A stretch of 64,000 nt of DNA from Octopus vulgaris (taxonomy: Eukaryota). The notes under the pieces were generated by a model, which was given only the letters and a program-made list of their open reading frames with translations, made no database searches and was not told where the DNA came from. A program made the position numbers and the translations under genes. The stretch spans positions 51,398,001 to 51,462,000 of the forward strand of contig OX597828.1 in assembly GCA_951406725.2 (NCBI GenBank). Direction: 5' to 3'. Numbering within the stretch: position 1 is the stretch's first letter; each line of letters starts with the position of its first letter. Positions 55,568 to 64,000 of the stretch are shown one piece after another.

Positions 55568-56859
55568 ATCCTTTTACGCACACATAGATTACCATTTAAT
55601 TATGGTGTATACATATTGGTGCTACAGTGTCATTTTAGTTATTTCTAATATTTAGAGGAACCACATACACAGACCATTGTCAAAAATCCTGCAGTCACTT
55701 AGACATACACCCATACGAGCTTTGGCTGTCTTCCTTACTGCTCTTCTGGATGGACTTAATTTTTCCAGAGCTTTATGTATTGGTCCCCATATCAGTGTAT
55801 TTGAAGCTTTGTAAACTGTAAGAAGTTAAATTTCGGCTTTCTAGCTCTCACTTTTTCATGGAGCCTTCAGTCTTGGGATTAATATAAGTTTCCCCTCAGT
55901 GTCCATCACATATTATTTTTGTTTCTCTCCTCTATCTTCGCTTCATATATGTTCCAGTCTATTATTTTCACTGAGTGTTTCCGTTTCTATCAATTCGTGT
56001 CATCTAGTCGTGTACTTGTTTTCAACTACTTCACCTGAGATGTCATCGATATTTGCGCAGATATTGCGTTTATTGTATTCAACAATCATAACCATGGGGA
56101 TTCCGGAATTCTCAGATATATGATGCTGGCACAAAATTGATTTCTATTATATTTTAACTCAGTTCTTGATAAAATAATCTTGCACTGGTTTGGAATAGTT
56201 TGGTTTGTTGAAAGGAATTTTGTCGATTTTCCTGCCGCTAGATATTTTCATTTGAGCAATGATCGGTTTCTAAGGCGCTCTTTGATGTCAGAGGCTCTCT
56301 TTCCTCACATTATCTTTCCTCTTTTATACCTTTGTGATTGATTTCATAATCGACTGTGGAATATTTTGTTCTATTTTCGACTTCTTCGAGTTTTGCTTCT
56401 GGTTTTCTTTAAATGCTGTTCTCAATATCGTTTTCTTGGAATCCTGTTATTCCCAAATAAAATGTTCTGTTCATTCCTAATAATTACATTTCTATAATGT
56501 TATTTGAAACCCATCCTTTCTCAGCAACAACGAAACTGTGTGTCTTCCTTGCAATGATTTGCTCTTCAAAATGTTTACCCACTCGCTTTATAACTGTTCA
56601 TTACAATCTTTGACTTTATTTTTCTTGTTCGTTCATTTCTTGTTTATACTTCTCGTAAGTATGATGTTTTTTTGTATTTATTTTCATTATCTCACCTTGC
56701 TACGCATGTTTTAGTCATAGGTTTTTGCCTGCTCCCTTTTAAAAATACGTTCTATGTTCCCTTTTAAATACGTTCTATGTTTCCTTTTAAGAATACGTTC
56801 CATGTAACAAATTCTAAAAAACCATTTCTATTTTAGCCTGAGTCTAAATATGATGTTGT

Positions 56860-57600
56860 AGGTATTGGTGTTGGAAGTTAACATAATCCGCATAGTATTG
56901 ATATGAACTGTGTTTCGTCATTTTACACGCGGTAGCTATCAGGCATCAAGTAAGGGCATTTATTAAACATTCATTAGACGAAGTAATCATTAACAATTTT
57001 TTAAAGTTTGTCAGAATGTGACATAATTATGTAGTATTTTCGTAGTTTCCCTTCGTTAGTATTTAATCAATATATAAGGATAGTTTTCGCTAAATCGAGA
57101 GGCTATCCACTTTATCGTGTTAAACATTTCATGACGTCTCGTTTTGATAAGCGTATTTCTGTGCTCTGATTTAATTCCATTCTTTTTAACACTCATTCAT
57201 AGTTGTATGGATCTTAGGGATATCTCAAGTTTGGTTTTCTTATATTGTCTGATGTATTGACGATGCTTTTATTGTCTGCCGAGCCATCACTTAATAGGAG
57301 AGGATCCCGTTTTAGCAGTCTATTTTTTATGAGGATGGTGGCACTAATATCGCATAACGTTTGCTGTTCTTATAATTGGTCAGGCGTTTTTATACTGAGG
57401 GTTTGATAAGGATTCCTGTCATAAAATATGACAGATTTGGCTGTTTTGATATCTTGGATTAATTATTTTCTGTTAGATTTCCGTTTAGATATTTCGTTGC
57501 TCAGTGGTGCTCATATATTTAGGAAATATATAAACACCATTACTGTTTTAATATATTCATCTGTTTTACGGATTATAGGATCTTATTCTGTTGTCTATAT
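56860..57600 (-). pseudogene. Highly decayed non-LTR reverse transcriptase
   Basis: Minus strand LDLAKTI (~57079-57099, LD..KAF-like) and QYYADYV (~56880-56900, YADD-like) in the expected order. Confidence 0.4.
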
Positions 57601-57639
57601 TGATAATGCATGATGCAATCGATTTCGACTAGTAGCAAT

Positions 57640-58006
57640 AAATCCGAGCACATTTTCAAACTACACCTGTCTAACACCCGTGGACATGTTTACAAAGTCA
57701 GAAAACAGCACAGCTCCCATGACTTTCGGAAACATTTTTTCACGCTAAGAGTTGCTGAAACATGGAACAAACTGCCGGCATCAGTTGTTAGTTGTCGGAG
57801 CACTGCATCCTTCAAAACTTCCATGCTTCCTGAGATTCGCCAACACTACACCTAATTTTCTCCCCTCCATACACACGCAAGCATGTATCTGACTCATACG
57901 CTGTTCACTTCCCAGACATTTTTACATTACTGAATATGCTTTATACGCACTTTTGACAAGTTGTGGTGCACCTGAGCACTGTATAAAATAATTTCATCAT
58001 TATTAT
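57640..58006 (+). mobile_element. CR1 LINE 3' end, 5'-truncated
   Basis: NTRGHVYKV...RKHFFTLRVAETWNKLPASVV...SFK, then a short 3' UTR and an (ATT)-like tail. Confidence 0.85.
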
Positions 58007-58936
58007 TTTTCATTATAATATAAATTTTATCATACCCTTGTATGCTAACCCTAATTTCCGAGTATTTACAGCTGCTTTTATAGACAGTTTTCTGTTAGAT
58101 TACTGCTTCACATTTGACTTTTATAATTTTAGTCATTCAGTGTAAATCATTTCAGTACCGAATATTTAATCTTTTCTGGAGGATATCCAAGCTTTTATTT
58201 ATGAATTATTTTGCGAAGAATATCTTCGGTAAAAGAAAAAGAAAATCATAAAAAATTTTTAGAGTTTATATGTATCCTGCCAACATATATATCTGATAGG
58301 TGTAATCAATATTCCCATTATCACTCCCTCACACGCTCTGTCAGATATTCTTCTATCTGACTGAATAAGTACGGCGTAGCTGTCTACTTTGAAGATGCTA
58401 TTGAAAATATCTATTATGTACAACTTGACACTCTTCACCGATAGTCTAATGTAAATCAGTTCGTCTGTATGATAAATCAACATAAATAGCACCCAGCATA
58501 TCTTCTCAAATAATAGTTATGCATGGTATTTCATATTCATAATATACCGAGCATATTGATGCCGTAGTCCCTACAGAAAACATCTGCATAATAAATATAT
58601 GAAAAAGCTATCCATGAAGTTAAGAATCATGTGATTTTGACAGATCCCATAGAAGCTGTCAAAGTTTTGCAGAGTAAAACCGATGAGAAATCAAAGGACA
58701 TCTACTGTATTATATATGTGTTTTGACAAATACCAAAGGAGGACATATAGGCGTTACGTTGGCAGTAATTCAAAACAAATTTGTATTGGCTTCAGATTTT
58801 TTAAATTTGCAAAATATATTTTTGAAGTAACTAAAAGTGTTCAGTTTTGTGTCCATCTTAAAAGGAAATTGACATCGACTATTATGTTTATATGGCGGCA
58901 AATTCGTTAGCACAAAACTGCTGGCCTTGTGCCCAA

Positions 58937-58960
58937 ATTATTATTATTATTATTATTATT

Positions 58961-58993
<33 letters not shown>

Positions 58994-58997
58994 ATTC

Positions 58998-59074
<77 letters not shown>

Positions 59075-59087
59075 ATTATTATTATTA
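58937..59087. repeat. Alternating (TTA)n/(TTG)n microsatellite
   Basis: Direct inspection. Confidence 0.95.
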
Positions 59088-59459
59088 TCCTTTTGTCAAC
59101 CCACCGCTCATATTGACAAAAGTGCTCGACTGGCTCTTGATTTATCGATCCTGAAAGGACGAAAATTAAAGTCCACCTCGGCGAAATTTGGACTCAAAAC
59201 GTAAAGATGAACGAAGTGTATACACACACTTACAGTACCTTGGGCAAATGTTTTCTACTATAGCGTCGGGTGGACCAAACCCTTGTGAGGAAATTTGGTA
59301 GACGGAAACCGAAAGAAGCTCGTCGCATATATATATATATATATAAATTAGAAAGAAAACACATTTTATCAATTCAATAATGAAAAATTAGATTATACCA
59401 TTTAGAAAATTACATCTTTTAGAAAGATTAAATATAAGATAAAACATATAACATTGATT

Positions 59460-60089
59460 AAGTAATGTGCAAAGCGCTTTGAGCAAAGATACCGTATCAA
59501 ATTCTACTCAAAACTTGGAGATACGCCAGCCCAGATTATCGAGAATTTGCAGAAGGCTTTGGAGATGATGCTATGGGAAAAGCTCAAATAAAGGTTTGGT
59601 ACAACCGGTTTAAAGATTGCCGCACCTCAGTAGAATATGAACCACGCCGTAGCCGACCATTGACTGGCAGAAACGATGAAATGATTGTAAAGGTTCGAAG
59701 AATAGTCAAGGAAGATCGTCGTGTGACTACTGCGGAGATTGTTGCTGAAGTTGGAATCAGCCATGGGGCAGTTCAGTTCAGTCATTTCAATCTGCCCTGG
59801 TCGTCCAAGCATTTCTCTTCTGGCAAAACTCACTACTGGTTCTTCAGGCTTCCTACTCACCAGACTTGGCGCCATGTGACATTTGGCTTTTCCCAAAGCT
59901 AAAAAAAGGCATTCAAAGGGAGAACATTTGAGTCAACAGGGAACATAAAGCAGAATTCGACAGCACAGCTCTACATCACCCTGGTAGAAGTGTGTAGACT
60001 CCCAAGGCGAATACTTTGGAGACTAAATCAAAATGAATTTTAAAATATTTTTTGGCCAAAGGTCGGATACTTTTTAACTATACCTCGTA
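59460..60089 (+). mobile_element. Internally deleted mariner remnant
   Basis: EQRYRIKF and MGKAQIKVWYNRFKDCRTSVE...RRIVKEDRRVT HTH region; SPDLAPCDIWLFPKLK; TIR-like end GGATACTTTTTAACTATACCTCG-TA. Confidence 0.85.
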
Positions 60090-60762
60090 CATGTGTATGT
60101 AACTTTACTCAGTGTATTTCGAAAGATTGCACGTACATGTCAACGGATACGGTGTGTAAGTATCAATTAAAATTGTTCATCTACTCCGTGGAAATACGTT
60201 GATGAACATATAATCATAGAAAAACGCCTATAATCTCCGCTGTAAAGGCCAACAAATAACGTGGCAAAAGAGGAATTGTGTCGTGGAACTGCATACTAAA
60301 AGCATCTTTTATTTTTACTACAGGAATATTTCGAAAATTTGAGTCGTAAAGAGGAAATGGTGGTTATTCAAATATATTTAATCTGTAGTTTTGTGTGCGA
60401 ATATAGGGGAATTTAGGGATTTCGTGAATATCTTTTAATGATAGCATGGTGTGAGTGATAATTGATAATTGATCTTTATTTTATTATTCCACCGTAGTAA
60501 AACAAAGTGCAGGCCATGCAAATGAATGGATTAGAAGTTCTAATGTAAAGATTGATATGACATACAGAATCAATTAATGATATTGACAGAATTTGGCAAA
60601 TGTAATGAAAGCGGAATTTAGGATTGAGATTGGAAGGGAAGGTACGATGGATGTGAATAACATTAAATAACAAAATGTAAACACAATATACATATATATC
60701 GACAGACACACACATACACACACACACGCACACATACACATGTATAAATGCATATATATATA

Positions 60763-60832
<70 letters not shown>

Positions 60833-60885
60833 TGTGTGTGTGTGAGTGTGTATATTTATATATTCTCTGTGTAATAACGATGATC

Positions 60886-60929
<44 letters not shown>

Positions 60930-61203
60930 TTTAAAGCGTATAAATGATCACTCTGATTGCGGGGCATATAAGCCTTTGACAGACACAACTTGGTGTTAGT
61001 ACCCTTGAGAGAGGGTATGTGAATATTCGCTTATAGCGAATATAAGATGTGTGGGTTCGTTTCCCACTTTATTGAGCCGAGGTTTTATATTCCCTATTCC
61101 CTAAGTTTTGTGGGTAAGGCTAGAACAATGCGAAGTAAATGCAAGGCAAATCACAAGACAGAAAGCTGGGGTTAGTTTTTTTCAGATTACACTTATTCTG
61201 AAC

Positions 61204-61282
61204 GATCGTACTGACGAGGCGACGGATATTTGAATTATATAAGTAATCCTTTTGTTAAAGGCTGAAACCGAGGTATGCGATT
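61204..61282 (+). ncRNA. Minimal type I HHR candidate
   Basis: Stem I GATCGTA/TGCGATT (7 bp including GU); core CTGACGA (61211-61217); stem II GGC/GCT with a long insert; GAAA (61264-61267); stem III ACC-GA-GGT; GUA ending at 61275. Confidence 0.65.
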
Positions 61283-61543
61283 AATTCGGTTTTTATATAA
61301 ATTTTCATCTGTCCTGCCCGCCAAATTTGGTTCTGGTGTTCGCTAAATTTTCCTCTAGAGAATATTCTTTGTAGTTCGATCGTTGGTGATCTATTTCTAG
61401 CATGTGGCCGACTACCTAGCAGTCTTGCCTTGTCAATATACACATGTATTAGAATATTTCTCTGATTTTTCAGAGTTTTGTATGCTAGACTACTGGTTTT
61501 AAATTGAAATTAAAATTAATATTAATTTATCTCCCTCATTATT

Positions 61544-61631
<88 letters not shown>

Positions 61632-61713
61632 CGTTAGCGTGCTTCAGTTTATAGTAAAAAATATTTCGCTGAAAAACAATGTTGCCTACACACAAAATAT
61701 GCTTTCTGTATGC

Positions 61714-61748
<35 letters not shown>

Positions 61749-62656
61749 AAGGCCGCAAATTACTCACACGCTGCAACTTTCAGAGATCGTCGCTAATTTA
61801 GTTCTTAACCAAACTGAAGAATGTTAACATTTGTGAAGAGGACTCGTCCCTAGCTACACTTTGGCATAAAATGTTGAGATTTGATCTAGTCTCAAAATTT
61901 GTCTCAAAATGTTGTGAGGTAAAATATCATGACAAAAAAAAAAAAGGCAAAAAATTAGATTTTTTCCCAAAACTCGATAATGCTCAGTTGGCATCGATTT
62001 TTGTGAGCTCAATCGGGAGTTTGAAATAAAATTCCCATAACGATGTCATTTTGTCTGAAACTTCTGCATTTTTATCTGATTTTGATGAAAATCGATAAGT
62101 GGCCGAGGCTCAAGGCAGTGAGTTGATGTCAGTGTATGGCGTTGACAAAAGAATCGATAATTGCGCCTGAGAAGTGCTTTATAAAACTAATAGGTTTCGT
62201 GCGAGCAAATACTCATAGGGATTTTATTTTTGGCCGTATCTTTTATACTTTTCATCCAATTTTAATGAAATTTGAGATTTAGATAAATTTTGTGGTAGGG
62301 GAGACGCTCAAGGTCTTGATTTAATTCCAGAGGAATCAGAATGGCACAGGAGCATATCAGCTTTTTTCAGAGACTATTTTATCGATTTTTAAGATATGTT
62401 ACACGTGATTACAGTTCATGTCCATACGTTGAATGCGGCATGTAAAGTTGACAAAAATCGATGATTGTGCGTCAGCAAGGGAATATATCATAAAATATAT
62501 AATAGACATGTTGCATGCAACTGAATTACACTACAATCAACCCGGGAATTTTGGGGTACCTCTGCTAAAGTACCTCGAACATGACGTCATCCGTAACAAG
62601 AAATTTCATCAAGCAACAGTTACAACGGCATAGGCTTATCCTTAACACAAAAAAAA

Positions 62657-62683
62657 CCCGAGCAACCCTGGGTACATTAGCTA

Positions 62684-62685
<2 letters not shown>
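62657..62685 (+). mobile_element. Helitron 3' terminus
   Basis: ACCCGAGCAACCCTGGGT hairpin followed by CTAG|T. Confidence 0.6.
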
Positions 62686-62736
<51 letters not shown>

Positions 62737-62770
62737 CATGTATGTAGATATATATATACATACATATATA

Positions 62771-62962
62771 TATATGTAGGTCCCGGGTTGAGTCGGGGTT
62801 AACCACAGTAAATAAGGTACTCAATACATGGCAGAGTAAATTAATTTATTTTATAGAAGGAGCTTCTACAGGACTAGAACTGTTTCATTCAAATGAAATC
62901 ATCAGATGATTTCATTTGAATGAAACAGTTCTAGTCCTGTAGAAGCTCCTTCTATAAAATAA

Positions 62963-62964
<2 letters not shown>
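62771..62964 (-). mobile_element. 5'-truncated copy of the 19777 HHR element with a perfect 60-bp fold-back
   Basis: 62771-62905 is the reverse complement of 19783-19915. 62844-62903 pairs perfectly with 62905-62964. (TA)n on both sides. Confidence 0.8.
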
Positions 62965-63010
<46 letters not shown>

Positions 63011-63015
<5 letters not shown>

Positions 63016-63200
63016 ATCCAAACAAGAAAACACAGAAAAAAAGAAAAAAAGAGAGAAAAAACACAGCAACGCAGGACGTGGAACAATTAAAGTATTATTG
63101 ACGCTCAGGAAAGAAGGGAAGGAAGGTTTAACGTTTCGAGCGGAGCTCTTCGTCGGAAACAAGGAGAAGGAAAGATCCCAAGGAGGGAAGACAGAGGAGA
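63011..63200 (-). mobile_element. Second copy of the 5535-5743 family
   Basis: AGTTAATCCAAACAAG...AACGTTTCGAGCGGAGCTCTTCGTCGGAAAC; abuts (TA)n. Confidence 0.75.
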
Positions 63201-64000
63201 CAATATTTGAGCTGGTGGTGCTTAAGAGATCACATGTTGAAAAGAACAGAATTTGGAGGTAGTTGAAAAATGGTTTTATAATGCAAGAGAGTTCCCAAAA
63301 AAGGGAATGCCTGTGTGTGTGTGTGTGTGTGTGTGCAAGATGACAAGTGTGTTTGTGCGTGCGTGTGTGTGCGTGTGTGTATTTTTGGTGAATAGAGGTA
63401 ATGACAAAGCCAGCTGTGGTGATGACTACTACCTGTTTGTGTCAAGCTAGGTCAAAGACAGGTAAAAAAACATCATATGTGTGTGTTGTTTGTAGTGTGT
63501 GTGTGTGTGTGCATGTATGTGTTCGTGTGTGTATGCGTAGAGTGTGGGTGTGTGGCGTAACCCTAGTACATGTGTGCTTGTACGTGCGTGTGTGTGTGTG
63601 TAGGGGGATGTATATGTGGGTTCATTTGTGTGAGAGTGCGTGTATGTGTGCGTTTGTATGTGTTTGTGTGTATGTGTGCGTGCGCGGATAGGTGTATATT
63701 GTGTATGTATATCTGTCGGTGTGTATGTGAGTTTGTGTGTGTTTGTACGCGTGTATGTGTGTGTGAGTGTATAGTATATATATATATGTAAATGTGTGTG
63801 TGTGTGCGTGTGTGTGTACGTGCGTGCGAGTGAATGTATGTATATATGTGTGCGTGTGTGTACAATGTAGGGGCTTATATGTGTGTTTATATGTGTGTGT
63901 GTATGTATGTGTGTATGTGTATGTATGTATATATATGCGTGTGTGTATGTATGTATGTATGTGTGTAGTGTCTGTGTGTTTGTGTACGTTTGTATATGTG

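Overview
AT-rich, microsatellite-laden animal genomic DNA. The SINE repertoire and (TA)n density suggest an octopod cephalopod (inference). The only convincing host gene is the first coding exon (minus strand, 28347-27613, TM1-TM5) of a rhodopsin-class neuropeptide GPCR of the RYamide/luqin-tachykinin-NPY group; I could not find its remaining exon(s) in the window. The rest is repeat DNA: three tRNA-derived SINE families (several with target-site duplications), mariner/Tc1 fossils and MITEs, a decayed Helitron helicase with 3' termini, RTE/CR1 LINE fragments, and simple repeats that generate almost all the other listed ORFs. The most notable signal is a set of short non-coding inserts, most lodged in (TA)n tracts, that carry type I hammerhead-ribozyme (HHR) folds. 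The best examples are 19777-19827, 4417-4479, 61204-61282, 45845-45893 and 22767-22832. These inserts are tied to long fold-back palindromes and to duplications of flanking DNA, consistent with a diverse TA-targeting, Penelope-like/retrozyme system. All pairings and coordinates were read by eye; ribozyme activity is untested.
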